Shown: one piece after another, positions 1-9,755 of the stretch | Layout of the letters: each line of letters starts with the position of its first letter | Numbering within the stretch: position 1 is the first letter of the stretch | Assembly: GCA_964291265.2 (NCBI GenBank) | Contig: OZ219747.1 | Span: 928,001-992,000, forward strand | Direction of reading: 5' to 3' | From: Alphaproteobacteria bacterium | GTDB lineage: Bacteria; Pseudomonadota; Alphaproteobacteria; SP197 | Length of the DNA stretch: 64,000 bases | The notes under the pieces: generated by a model | Seen by the model: only the letters and a program-made list of their open reading frames with translations | Database searches by the model: none | What the model was told of the DNA's origin: nothing | Program-made: the position numbers and the translations under genes

Positions 1-1362
1 CGGAAGAAGAAGGAAGGCACCGGGAACAAGCGGGGTCAGCAACCCGGCAAGAGCGGCCACGGGCGCACTCCGCGTCCGAAGCTCAAGGAGAAGCACGAAC
101 GCCATGATCCACCGGCATCGCAGCGCACGTGCCCGTGTTGCGGCGAGCCCTATGTGGCCAACGGCAGCCACGAGACCTCGATCATGGAGGTCCATGTCAA
201 GGCTCATATCCGGCGGATTGAACGTGGGCGTTGGCGCCGTGGTTGTCAGTGTTCGTCGGCGCCTGCGGAGATCATCGCGCCGCCACCTTTGCGCTTGCTT
301 GCGAATACCCCCTTCGGCATCAGTGTCTGGGAATGCGTGCTCTATGAGCGCTTCGCCTGCTTGCGTCCCCTGCGCCGGGTCTCGCGATGGCTGGAAGACC
401 AGGGACTGCCGATGGCGCCGGGAACGATCGCTGGCGGCATGAAGAAGATGACGCCGATGTTCGCGCCTCTCGCGCAGGCCATCCTCGATCATCAGAACCG
501 GCTGACGGTGCGCCACGGCGACGAGACCAGCTGGCGCATCCAGTCCCTCAAGGCCTCGGGGCGCTCGCAGAAGGCCTGGCTGTGGACCGCGGTCAGCGCC
601 GACTCCGTCTTCTTCCTCATCGATCCGTCACGCAGCGCCCGGGTGGCCATGGTGCTGTTCGCCTCCACCAAAGGTGTCGTCTTCCTTGTTTGCGACCGTC
701 ACGCGGCCTACAAGAAACTGGAGCGCGTGCTCGATGGCAAGGTGATCCTCTGCTTTTGCTGGGTGCACTCCAGGCGCGATGTGATCGAGGCTGCGGCAGG
801 CCAAGAGGGGCTGGAAGAGTGGTGCGACAAGTGGCTCGACAGGATCGCGCTGATCTACACACTGAATGGGCAACGGCTGAAGCACTACGATCCCGCACGC
901 AAGCGTCAGTCAGCGAGGTTCAATGCCCTGCAGAAGGACCTTCGTGCGGCTGTCGAGGCGCTGTTCAGGCAGGCTCAGGAGGAACTCGACGCCTTGCCCG
1001 AGGGTGCACGCGAAGCGAAGCCCTTGCGTTCCCTGATCCGTCACCGCGAGGGACTGTGCGTCTTTGTCGACCATCCCCAGGTGCCCATGGACAACAACTT
1101 TGCCGAGAGAGCCCTCCGGGGTGCGGTGACCGCGAGAAAGCTGAACTTCGGCTCCGACAGCGAGGAAGGCGCCGCCTTCACCGCCATCATGTACTCGGTC
1201 ATCGGCACCCTTGCCATGAACAACATCAATGTTCGGCGCTGGCTTCATGAGTGGCTTGAGGCCTGCGCGCAGAACGGCGGCAAGCCGCCGGATGACCTCG
1301 ACCCGTGGCTGCCATGGTCGATGACCCCGGAGCGTCGAAGGGACCTCATGGAACCGGGGTGA
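1..1362 (+). CDS. IS66-family transposase (TnpC), 5' end beyond window
   Basis: Motifs CPCCG, HGDETSW, CDRHAAY, CWVHSRR, DNNFAERALR. Near-identical to the split copy at 7227-8054/26705-27661. Confidence 0.93.
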   Translation, partial: RKKKEGTGNKRGQQPGKSGHGRTPRPKLKEKHERHDPPASQRTCPCCGEPYVANGSHETSIMEVHVKAHIRRIERGRWRRGCQCSSAPAEIIAPPPLRLLANTPFGISVWECVLYERFACLRPLRRVSRWLEDQGLPMAPGTIAGGMKKMTPMFAPLAQAILDHQNRLTVRHGDETSWRIQSLKASGRSQKAWLWTAVSADSVFFLIDPSRSARVAMVLFASTKGVVFLVCDRHAAYKKLERVLDGKVILCFCWVHSRRDVIEAAAGQEGLEEWCDKWLDRIALIYTLNGQRLKHYDPARKRQSARFNALQKDLRAAVEALFRQAQEELDALPEGAREAKPLRSLIRHREGLCVFVDHPQVPMDNNFAERALRGAVTARKLNFGSDSEEGAAFTAIMYSVIGTLAMNNINVRRWLHEWLEACAQNGGKPPDDLDPWLPWSMTPERRRDLMEPG

Positions 1363-1667
1363 TCGAGTGCCGTTACGACGGCCGTGACTTCACCGCGCAC
1401 GAGATGGCGCTGTTGCGCTCCCTGATCACCCAGCACCCCACCCGTGCGGCCATCGCCCGCGCCTTCTGCCGCAAGACCGGCTGGTACAAGCCCGACGGCG
1501 GCCTCAAGAACATGATGGCGAGTGTCACCTTCCTGGCCATGCACCGCGACGGCCTCATCACCCTGCCGCCACCCCAACGACGAGCAACCCGACCCGGACC
1601 CATCGTCTTCGGACCCAACAGCGAACCGCCACGTGGTGCGCCTCCCAAACGCATCCTCAACCGGTGA
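1359..1667 (+). pseudogene. Internally deleted DUF4338 (DruA-like) passenger gene of IS66
   Basis: GTGA overlap with tnp stop. N-terminus RYxGRDFT...WYKPDGGLKNM...HRDGLITLPPP is joined directly to the C-terminal KRILNR. Confidence 0.6.
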
Positions 1668-1703
1668 ATATCACCAACAATCACCGCGTGGCCGAACGCT
1701 TAC

Positions 1704-2172
1704 CCTGGGCCTGGGTCGCCACCTGCAGCGCCACCCGGCGCCAGCCCGCCAGAAGATCGTCATAGAGCGCAGACGGGTGGCCCGAGACCATCACCTGGCA
1801 GGGCAGGCCCTTGAGCAGTTCAAGGAGCGCAACATGGTCCGCCTCCTCGTACTCGAAGCGGTAGCGCCGCGACGAACGCCGCGTCGCGTGCAGCCAGGGC
1901 GGATCGCTGTAGACCAGCTCCGGACCCAGAAACGGGAACGAAGCCAGGAAGGAGTGAGCACAGCCGTGCACCAACTCCACCGGATAAGCGCACTCAAAGG
2001 CCTCAAGCGCACGCTCATCACGGTCAATCCCGATCGAGCGCACAGACGCAGGCTTGCGCTTCATCAGCGCGCCGCCCCCCAGATGGCTCTCAATGTAGAC
2101 AGAGTGCGGCGGCATCAGCGCAATCAGCGCCTGGCACAAACCCGGCGTCGCCTTCGATCCGAAATACCCCAA
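1704..2172 (-). pseudogene. Dam/D12-class DNA adenine methyltransferase, 3'-truncated by IS66 insertion
   Basis: GSKA, ESHLGGGA (motif I), DPPW (motif IV). Homologous to 20366-21040 up to the IS end at 1703. A probable IS66 end (GGGGAGTTAC) lies at 2295-2304. Confidence 0.8.
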
Positions 2173-2390
2173 CGGCCGCTCCCCTCATGACAAAGAGCAA
2201 CTCATAGACTCACGTGTCTATCAAGTCAAACCGCGCAGAATCAACAAACTAACGATACCAACGTCACCACAGACTCAGACATGACAGGGTACCCGGGGAG
2301 TTACCTCCGGCGTACTATCTTGGTCAGGAATGGTGGATTAGCGATACTGATCAAGCGTTGAGAGGCACCGTTGCGGATGTTGAGTGAAAG

Positions 2391-2663
2391 CAGACTCAGA
2401 CATCCTGACCTCGTCCAACGTCAATGAGACGATTTTGTTGTGTTGCGCCGTCGATGTCGTAGACGATGGTGTGGCATGGGCGGGCTGGAGCGGTAGGGAG
2501 GGTGCCATGGGGAGCTAAAATTGGAACATGCGATATTGGACGTATTTATCGCCACATGTCAAGCAGAATCCGCGCTGAAACAGGCAGAAACACAGGAAAA
2601 CCGTGGGTTTCCTGAGCGGTGCGATATGCCCCTCAGAAGAGCAGGTCAGGATGTCTGAGACTA
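2391..2663. mobile_element. MITE-like or internally deleted IS bounded by 17-bp perfect inverted repeats
   Basis: CTCAGACATCCTGACCT (2395-2411) and AGGTCAGGATGTCTGAG (2643-2659). No convincing ORF inside and no clear TSD. Confidence 0.5.
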
Positions 2664-2707
2664 TAGAGGATTGGGGCTGTGACAAGTGTTGACTTGTTTG
2701 TTGGTGC

Positions 2708-3217
2708 GTGAAGGGCAAGGCCGGTGTGCCGGTGGAACTCGGTGTGCCGGTCGCCGTGCTGGAGGATCAGCACGGCTTTCTCCTGCACCACCGGATCCTG
2801 TGGGAAGGCAGTGACGTGGACCATGCCGTACCCATGATCCGGGAAGCGCAGGCCCGCTTCCCGGATCTGCGCCTGTGCAGTTTCGATAAGGGGTTCCACA
2901 GCCCTTCCAACCGGGTCGCACTGGACGCACTGCTGGATCACAACGTGCTTCCGAAGAAGGGGAAGCTCTCTCGGGCGGACCGGGAACGGGAAGCTGAGAC
3001 GACGTTCCGGGAGATGCGCCAGCAGCATCCGGCCGTGGAGTCCGCGATCAACAATCTCGAGCAACGCGGCATGGACCGGGTTCTGTCCTATGGAGCGGAC
3101 GGCTTTGCGCGGATGGTGGCGCTGTCCATGGTGGCCTTCAATGTCCACCGCATCGGGCTGCTGCTGCACAGGGAAGCCCGGGCCCGGGCCCGACGACGAC
3201 GAAGACGCGCCGCCTGA
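2708..3217 (+). pseudogene. C-terminal fragment of an ISNCY/IS5-like DDE transposase
   Basis: KGKAGVPVELG, SFDKGFHS, RQQHPAVESAINNLE, NVHRIG motifs. N-terminus missing. Likely right end TTTCCGGGCGCGCAC at ~3432. Confidence 0.75.
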
Positions 3218-3615
3218 CGGCAGCTCCCAAGACCCTATCCGCAACGAAACCCGCTCAAGCGGGAACGGAGCCGCTTGCCCTGATGTCTGGATTCTTGCCT
3301 GGGATAGCCCTGATGCCGCCATGAATCGGCAGGAACAAGCCTCGAAAACGGAGCGCTCGGCGGCTCCGGAGGGCGATCAAACCCGAAGATTTGCCGAAAG
3401 GTCAGCCGAAACGGGCATTTCCGGGCGCGCACTAGTTACGAACTTCTTTGCCTTCATCTGCGACCAACCTCCCTCTGCTGTCCTGTATGCGGTCAAGATA
3501 GAATGGAACAAAAAGCGAACAATCTCAACATCTGAACGCGGAAAACGCGCAGGAGTGCAGAATCACAGGCCGCGTGAGGCATCCTCCATGTGATCTTGCG
3601 AACCAGTATGACGCC

Positions 3616-4536
3616 TCACCTCCACGGACCGCCCGCGTTCCATGTCCCATCGAAGGGCTTACCAGCCACAAGAGCATGGACGGGCGGTAGAACGAACGCG
3701 GCCACCGTGGCCTGCAACTCGGCAAAGGGACCAGGGGCCATGGCGATCGCGGTCCGGCGCAGGAACCCCTGCCACTGCGCCTGTTTCGCGGCGTCATCGG
3801 CAAAGGCCGGCGTCAGGGCGATAGGCGTATCCGTGGGGATGTCCGTGCGGCGGCGATCGAAGGTCACGGCGATAGCTTGCGCGAGGATCGGTCCGCTGAA
3901 GGAAAACGTCTCCGAGATCGCCCAGAGGTCGAAGAAATCCTTCATACGGCTGTTGAGCATGCCGAGTGCGACCAGCGCCTGGAACTTCTCGGCCACGACC
4001 GTCTCGGGCGGATAGGCACGTAGCCGGGGCGCGGGCATGTCGAGCAGCGAGGGATGGTCGATTTCCTGCACGGCCGGAGTCACAGCATCGCCAAATCCGA
4101 TGTCGATCTGAATGGGCAGGCGCGCGCCGGCGATCTCGGCGGTCATGGTGATCCGGACGCCGCTATATTCGTCTTCAGCCCGAGCCGGCTCGGCCCGCAG
4201 GGTATCCGGCTTGAAGACCACGCCATCGTCCTCGACGTCGATCCCGCAAATTTCGCGGAAGACCGCAGCGATCCGCTCCGGCGCCGCGTCGCCGTACCCT
4301 AGAAGATCGAGATCGCCGGTGGCCCGATAAGGCGTGGGCGTCCAGAGGCTGAACAGCATGGCGCCCTTCAGCACGAATTGATCTTTGTGGGGCGACAGAC
4401 TCAGCCGGTAGAGAAGCCGCTCGATGGCGAAGCGGGTAAGCGCAAGCTGGACGTTCTCCTTGCGCTCGCTTGCGCGCCGGGTGAGTCGAGCCCGGACCGA
4501 GGCGCCGACATTCTTCAGGGGCGGTTTCGGGGTCAT
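3616..4536 (-). CDS. AbiEii-family nucleotidyltransferase toxin (type IV TA)
   Basis: ASVRARL, ERLLYRLS, FVLKGAML, RATGDLDLLG, IDIGFGD, AEKFQA, NSRMKDFFD. ATGA-coupled to the upstream antitoxin. Confidence 0.9.
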   Translation of the reverse strand: MTPKPPLKNVGASVRARLTRRASERKENVQLALTRFAIERLLYRLSLSPHKDQFVLKGAMLFSLWTPTPYRATGDLDLLGYGDAAPERIAAVFREICGIDVEDDGVVFKPDTLRAEPARAEDEYSGVRITMTAEIAGARLPIQIDIGFGDAVTPAVQEIDHPSLLDMPAPRLRAYPPETVVAEKFQALVALGMLNSRMKDFFDLWAISETFSFSGPILAQAIAVTFDRRRTDIPTDTPIALTPAFADDAAKQAQWQGFLRRTAIAMAPGPFAELQATVAAFVLPPVHALVAGKPFDGTWNAGGPWR

Positions 4537-5147
4537 ACCGTGGCCTCGATATAGGGCCGCATGACGTTCTGCACGCGGTCGATGGCGGCGAACCGCCAGA
4601 GGTCGTCGACCGTGGCGCGGCGGCTTCGGAGACAGTCTCTCAGCGCCTCGATGGCGACATCGAGACCGACTTGGCTGCGGTATTTGAAACAATCAGCGAC
4701 CGTCTTGGCCGGATTGGTGATAGGCACTTCCACCTGCTCGATTGTGTGCCGCTCCACCCCGGCGGTCAGGGCGTCGCCGGTGGCGCGGATGATGCGCAGG
4801 GACACTGGAGGATTCTTGGGCGCCCACTTTTTGTGACCGATCAGCATCCAGACCTGATGCGGCAGTTGGGTGGTGAGTTCGTGGAATCTGAGCGCGGAGA
4901 GCAGGCAGATAACACCGTGGGGCACGGCCCGAGCGGCTTCGGCAAGGCTGTGGGACTCGGACCATTCCGCATCGGCAAGCTGATAGAGGCCGCGCCCCAT
5001 ACGCACCAGAAGCCCTTCGTCCTGCAGTCTCCGCAGGTAGGTGCGCGGAATGCCCGCCGCATCGAAATCGCGCGCGCGCACGATACCGCGCTCCCTGGCG
5101 ACGGTGATCGCACGATCCTTCAGCGTTCCTTGAGCCGTTCCTGCCAT
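4533..5147 (-). CDS. AbiEi-family antitoxin (type IV TA)
   Basis: N-terminal wHTH with GRGLY; CLLSALRFHELTTQLP; KTVADCFKYRSQVGLDVAIEALR. Confidence 0.9.
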   Translation of the reverse strand: MAGTAQGTLKDRAITVARERGIVRARDFDAAGIPRTYLRRLQDEGLLVRMGRGLYQLADAEWSESHSLAEAARAVPHGVICLLSALRFHELTTQLPHQVWMLIGHKKWAPKNPPVSLRIIRATGDALTAGVERHTIEQVEVPITNPAKTVADCFKYRSQVGLDVAIEALRDCLRSRRATVDDLWRFAAIDRVQNVMRPYIEATV

Positions 5148-5256
5148 GTTCCATATGCTCGGCAATAGTACACAAATGCCGAGACTTTGTATCGCGTCCC
5201 CTGACCCCCTGCAACCGGAACTAAACAACTTGACCACGAGTATGGCGCTCATGCTG

Positions 5257-5440
5257 CTACTGTTCCCGCCGCCTGTTCCAGACGAGCTGCGCCCGATCAC
5301 CCTCCTCGGAGGGGAACAGGGCCGCGGTGAAGGGCTCGGGAAGGCTCGGATCGTCGAGACGGACGCGGAGATAGTATTTCGGGTTGTCGCCATTCGTCCG
5401 AGCATCCCAGGCGTCACCGATGCGGGCGTTGCCGACACTG
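5257..5440 (-). pseudogene. C-terminal remnant of a DUF736-family protein (plasmid/ICE-associated)
   Basis: A frame not in the ORF track reads VGNARIGDAWDARTNGDNPKYYLRVRLDDPSLPEPFTAALFPSEEGDRAQLVWNRRREQ*. The 5' part is lost at the junction with the MTase-IS66 remnant. Confidence 0.6.
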
Positions 5441-5594
5441 GCATACGTGTGCGGGCAGGAATTCGATCGACCGCCAGCGCATCAAGCGCCTCGCAGAGAG
5501 CTGGGCGCGGCGCTATCGGACGATGCCCGAAGGCGAGCGGCTCGCCGTGCTGGCGGCTGTCATGGCGGTGGAGGCGTCGTCATGGCGAGCGTGA
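5436..5594 (+). pseudogene. 3' remnant of the IS66-borne DNA methyltransferase
   Basis: HWHTCAGRNSIDRQRIKRLAESWARRY...EASSWRA*, near-identical to the end of 20366-21040. Confidence 0.8.
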
Positions 5595-6846
5595 ACGGCA
5601 CGTCTGTGCGCCAGGAGACCGACGCCCTCCAGAAGCAGTTCCAGGATCTCCGCAAGCAAGGCAAGGTCAACCAGGAGTGCGAGGCGCTCATCCGCAGCCT
5701 GCTGATGCTGGTACAGCTGTTGCTGACCGTGCTCATGGAGAAGATCACACGCAAGCCGGAACTCCGGTCTGCCGCCATCGCAGACTGACAAGGACGAGAG
5801 CGCGAGGCGCACCGGGAGCAACGGCAAGGGCCCGAAGCCGAACCAGCAGACGGGCGACAACCTGCGCACGACCACCATCGAGGAGACGATCACCGTCGAT
5901 GCCTGCGACGCCTGCGGCGCCGACCTCCACGATGTCGACCCCGTCGACCGGGAGTGCCGCGTCCTCTACGACATCGTGTTCGAAGTCGTCGAGCGCCGCG
6001 TCGAAGCCGAGATCAAGGAATGCCCGAAGTGCCGGACCCGGACCAAGGGCCGGTTCCCAGACAACATGCCGGGGCCCCTGCAGTACGGCGTCAGCATCCA
6101 GGCCCTCGTCATCAACCTGCTGATCGCCCAGATGCTGTCCCTGCGTCGTGCCGTCTCGCTCGTGCACGCGATCTCCGGCATCAAGCTCTCCGAGGCGACC
6201 TGCCTCGGCTATGTCCGGCGCTTTCACGATGCGCTCGCATCATGGGAGGAGGCCGCCGTGGCCCATCTCCTGCAACAACCGGCCCTGCATGTCGACGAGA
6301 CCGGCTTCCGGGTCGCCGGCAAGACCCAATGGCTCCATGTCGTCACCGACGGCACCCTGACGTGCAAGTTCCCGCACCCCAAGCGCGGCCGGGAGGCGAT
6401 CGAAGAGATCGGCATCATCCCGCGCTACAAGGGCGTCCTGATCCACGACTGCTGGGCTGCCTACATGGGCTACGATCAGTGCCGCCACCAACTGTGCGGC
6501 AGCCACCTGCTGCGCGAACTGACCTTCGTCGTCGAGTCCAACGGCTACCGCTGGGCGCGACTGATGAAAAGCCTGCTGCGCGAGGTCTCCCGCAGGGTCA
6601 ACAAGAGCGCATCCAAGACCTTGAACGAGGCCGACCGCCGGGCGCAAGCGCTACCGCACCATCCTCACCCAGGGCGCCAGGGAACTGCCCGACATCCCGC
6701 CACGGACGAAGGGAAAACGGGGACGCATCGCAAAGTCCGACGCGCACAACCTGCATGAACGTCTCGTGAAACACGAGAAGTCCGTCCTGCGCTTCATGAA
6801 GGACCCCAACGTCAGCTTCACAAATAATACCGGAGAGCAGAAGATC
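5582..6846 (+). pseudogene. IS66 transposase (type A), N-terminal part; frameshifted and interrupted by IS66 type B
   Basis: Near-identical to 18900-20378 but with 5-bp deletions at ~5751 and ~6641. Continues at 27760-27971 after the TSD AGAAGATC. Confidence 0.88.
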
Positions 6847-6882
6847 GTAAGCGTTCGGTCGCGCAGTGATTGTTGGTGATAT

Positions 6883-7230
6883 TCACCGGTTGAGGATGAG
6901 TTTCCAGTCTTTGCGGAGAGGCCTCAGCCAGATGTCCTTTTTTTGGTTTGTCGAGTTTCCTGTGCGTATCGTAGCGTCCGCGCCCCTTGGTGGTGCCGAC
7001 ATGGATCCAACCCGACGCCTTGTAGACGGCGCCTGTGTAGCGCGGTGCGTGGCCAGGAAGGTGACACTCGCCATCATGTTCTTGAGGCCGCCGTCGGGCT
7101 TGTACCAGCCGGTCTCGCGGCAGAAGGCGCGGGCGATGGCCGCACGGGTGGGGTGCTGGGTGATCAGGGAGCGCAACAGCTCCATCTCGTGCGCGGTGAA
7201 GTCACGGCCGTAGTAACGGCACTCGATCAC
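6883..7230 (-). pseudogene. Internally deleted DUF4338-like passenger gene
   Basis: Same N-terminus as 1359-1667 but a different deletion. Retains the C-terminal KKDIWLRPLRKDWKLILNR. Confidence 0.6.
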
Positions 7231-8054
7231 CCCGGTTCCGTGAGGTCCCGTCGGCGCTCCGGGGTCATCGACCATGGCAGCCACGGGTCGAGGTCATCCG
7301 GCGGCTTGCCGCCGTTCTGCGCGCAGGCCTCAAGCCACTCATGAAGCCAGCGCCGAACATTGATGTTGTTCATGGCAAGGGTGCCGATGACCGAGTACAT
7401 GATGGCGGTGAAGGCGGCGCCCTCCTCACTGTCGGAGCCGAAGTTCAGCTTTCTCGCGGTCACCGCACCCCGGAGGGTTCTCTCGGCCAGGTTGTTGTCC
7501 ATGGGCACCTGGGGATGATCGACGAAGACACACAGTCCCTCGCGGTGACGGATCAGGGAGCGCAAGGGCTTCGCTTCGCGTGCACCCTCGGGCAAGGCGT
7601 CGAGTTCCTCCTGAGCCTGCCTGAACAGCGCCTCGACAGCCGCACGAAGGTCTTTCTGCAGGGCATTGAACCTCGCTGACTGACGCTTCCGTGCGGGATC
7701 GTAGTGCTTCAGCCGTTGCCCATTCAGTGTGTAGATCAGCGCGATCCTGTCGAGCCACCTGTCGCACCACTCTTCCAGCCCCTCCTGGCCTGCCGCAGCC
7801 TCGATCACATCGCGCCTGGAGTGCGCCCAGCAAAGGCAGAGGATCACCTTGCCATCAAGCTCGCGCTCCAGTTTCCTGTAGACCACGTAGCGGTCGCAAA
7901 CAAGGAAGACGACACCTTTGGTGGAGGCGAACAGCACCATGGCCACCCGGGCGCTGCGTGACGGATCGATAAGGAAGAAGACGGAGTCGGCGCTGACCGC
8001 GGTCCACAGCCAGGCCTTTTGCGAGCGCCCCGAGGCCTTGAGGGACTGGATGCG
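7227..8054 (-). pseudogene. IS66 type B transposase, C-terminal half (after intron)
   Basis: Starts at RIQSLKAS and matches copy 1 from position 535 onward. Confidence 0.9.
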
Positions 8055-8294
8055 GTGTGCCAGGCGAACTGGCGGAAGGTAGGGGGTGAAAGTCCCCTGA
8101 AACGAAGGAGTAACCAAACCACGTTTCTCCGCGAGCCGTGCGTCGGTTCCCGCGAGGGGGCAGGCGAAGCGTCGGTAGCGGTACGGATGGGCAGGGCTAA
8201 TGAGCACCGAAAAGCCCGTTGTTCGGGGTGCCGAGGCTTTCGCATCGGTCGAAGGCAACATCGCAGGCATCGATTTGGTGAGATGTCGGCGAGC

Positions 8295-8304
8295 CCCGCG
8301 GTGT
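8295..8304 (+). repeat. attL core (10-bp direct repeat CCCGCGGTGT)
   Basis: Identical to 25026-25035; marks the end of the 5' intron segment. Confidence 0.8.
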
Positions 8305-8650
8305 AACGCCAAAATCCGGTTAACAAGCCTGTACTACAATACTGCCCCACGACGCGTCTCTCTTTATCCACGTGTAACTAGACCGGAATAACCGGCATGT
8401 CAAGCCCCTCCCGCGACATAGCGTGTGTGCTAACCCAACGTTCAATGACAGCACAGTTGCATTCGAGGAAGTAATCGATAACATTCACGGCATGCACCAG
8501 AAGTCGAGGAACACCGATGATCTATGCAGAACACCAACAACTGACACACATGAGGACCATGGGGTTTTGTGTGATGGCGTTCGATGAGTCAACGGCTGAA
8601 TCACGTCATCGCCAGGCCCTTCTGTCGTCCCAGCCCCAGGGACTGAACCC

Positions 8651-9004
8651 ATGATGGAGGCGGAGGACACGAGACGCAAGGCACGCACCATCATGGCCTC
8701 CGACTCCGAGTGGGCACGGATCCGCGAGCGTGCGAAGGCTCTCGACATGCCCATCTCGCGTTTCGTCGTGCACCATCTTCTCGGCGCCACGGACGTATCT
8801 CGGCACGACACCGGAACGACACCGCCGGACCTTCCGGCCGACCTGCAGTGGCGTCTTGCCCACCACGTCATGGTGCTGGCCCGCCTCGAACGGTACCGCT
8901 TCGAGAGCGCCGGCCACGGCGAGGCCTGGGAGGCGATCGAGGAGGAGATCGACGCCCTGCTCGAGGCGGAGGGGCTGCTGGCCGGGAGGGGAGGACGGCG
9001 ATGA
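8651..9004 (+). CDS. Ribbon-helix-helix protein 1 (CopG/MobC-like)
   Basis: TIMASDSEWARIRERAKALDMPISRFVV; first of three ATGA-coupled paralogs. Confidence 0.7.
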   Translation: MMEAEDTRRKARTIMASDSEWARIRERAKALDMPISRFVVHHLLGATDVSRHDTGTTPPDLPADLQWRLAHHVMVLARLERYRFESAGHGEAWEAIEEEIDALLEAEGLLAGRGGRR

Positions 9005-9318
9005 GGCGCAACCAGCAGTTCAGCGTCAGCTGCCGTCCCAGCGACTGGGAGGCGATCCGTCAGCGTGCGGAGGAGGCCGGGATGTCGATCTCGCGCTTCA
9101 TCGTCGCCTGCGCCCTGGAGGACGAGGACGACATGCGCCTCGTGATCTCGGAGACCGAGCAGCGCGATCTCCTCAACCGGGTGAACCGGATCCTTCTGGT
9201 TCTCGAGGACCTGGCGGCGCCGCTGCCGGGCAGCGACGTCACGGCCATGGAGGCCCTGTCGTTCCTCCATCTCGCGGCCTTGGAGTTTCGCAGCGGGCGC
9301 CGGGAGTCTGAGCGATGA
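9001..9318 (+). CDS. Ribbon-helix-helix protein 2
   Basis: FSVSCRPSDWEAIRQRAEEAGMSISRFIV; RBS GGAGG and ATGA overlap. Confidence 0.7.
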   Translation: MRRNQQFSVSCRPSDWEAIRQRAEEAGMSISRFIVACALEDEDDMRLVISETEQRDLLNRVNRILLVLEDLAAPLPGSDVTAMEALSFLHLAALEFRSGRRESER

Positions 9319-9755
9319 CCGGCCGCCGCGTCGACGAGAGGGTCACCATGCACTCGATCTCGTGCAGCCGCCTGGAGAGGGAGCGCATCCGCGCCTGTGC
9401 GGAACGCGAGGGCGTGTCGATGTCGCAGTTTCTCGTCGACCGGGCCCTGAAGCGCAATCCGCCGGCGAAAGTGAAGAACCCGCCGCGCCTCGTCATCACG
9501 CCGGAGGAACAGCGGACCCTGGTGGAGACGGTCCGGGCCGTGGCCGAGACCGTGCGGACCCTGGAGGGGACGGATGAGACGCCGGGCTTCGTCGAGGCCC
9601 TGCGGGTGCTCTTCGAGGTCAGGCTCGACGCCATGACCCGCAGCGGGCATCACGGCGCCATGACCCGCTGGCTGGAGACGGTGCTGCAGGACAGCCGTGC
9701 GGCCCGCATGGAGGAGGAGGTCTACCGGCGCACCCGGTCTACAGGCGCCAGCTGA
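9315..9755 (+). CDS. Ribbon-helix-helix protein 3
   Basis: HSISCSRLERERIRACAEREGVSMSQFLV; ATGA overlap. Confidence 0.7.
   Translation: MTGRRVDERVTMHSISCSRLERERIRACAEREGVSMSQFLVDRALKRNPPAKVKNPPRLVITPEEQRTLVETVRAVAETVRTLEGTDETPGFVEALRVLFEVRLDAMTRSGHHGAMTRWLETVLQDSRAARMEEEVYRRTRSTGAS

Larger units (their letters stand above)
1..1703 (+). mobile_element. IS66-family element (type B, copy 1); left end outside window
   Basis: Transposase plus DUF4338-like remnant. Ends in GGCCGAACGCTTAC at 1703, matching the termini at 6847 and 27759. Inserted into a DNA methyltransferase gene. Confidence 0.85.

Noticed and set aside
7227-8312. 361-aa ORF as one gene
   Set aside because: Chimera of antisense intron sequence and the transposase C-terminal half.
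8540-8580. Candidate oriT (CACACA...TGTGTG inverted repeat, GGGGTTTTGTGTG)
   Set aside because: Position is plausible but the similarity to known nic sites is too weak to call.
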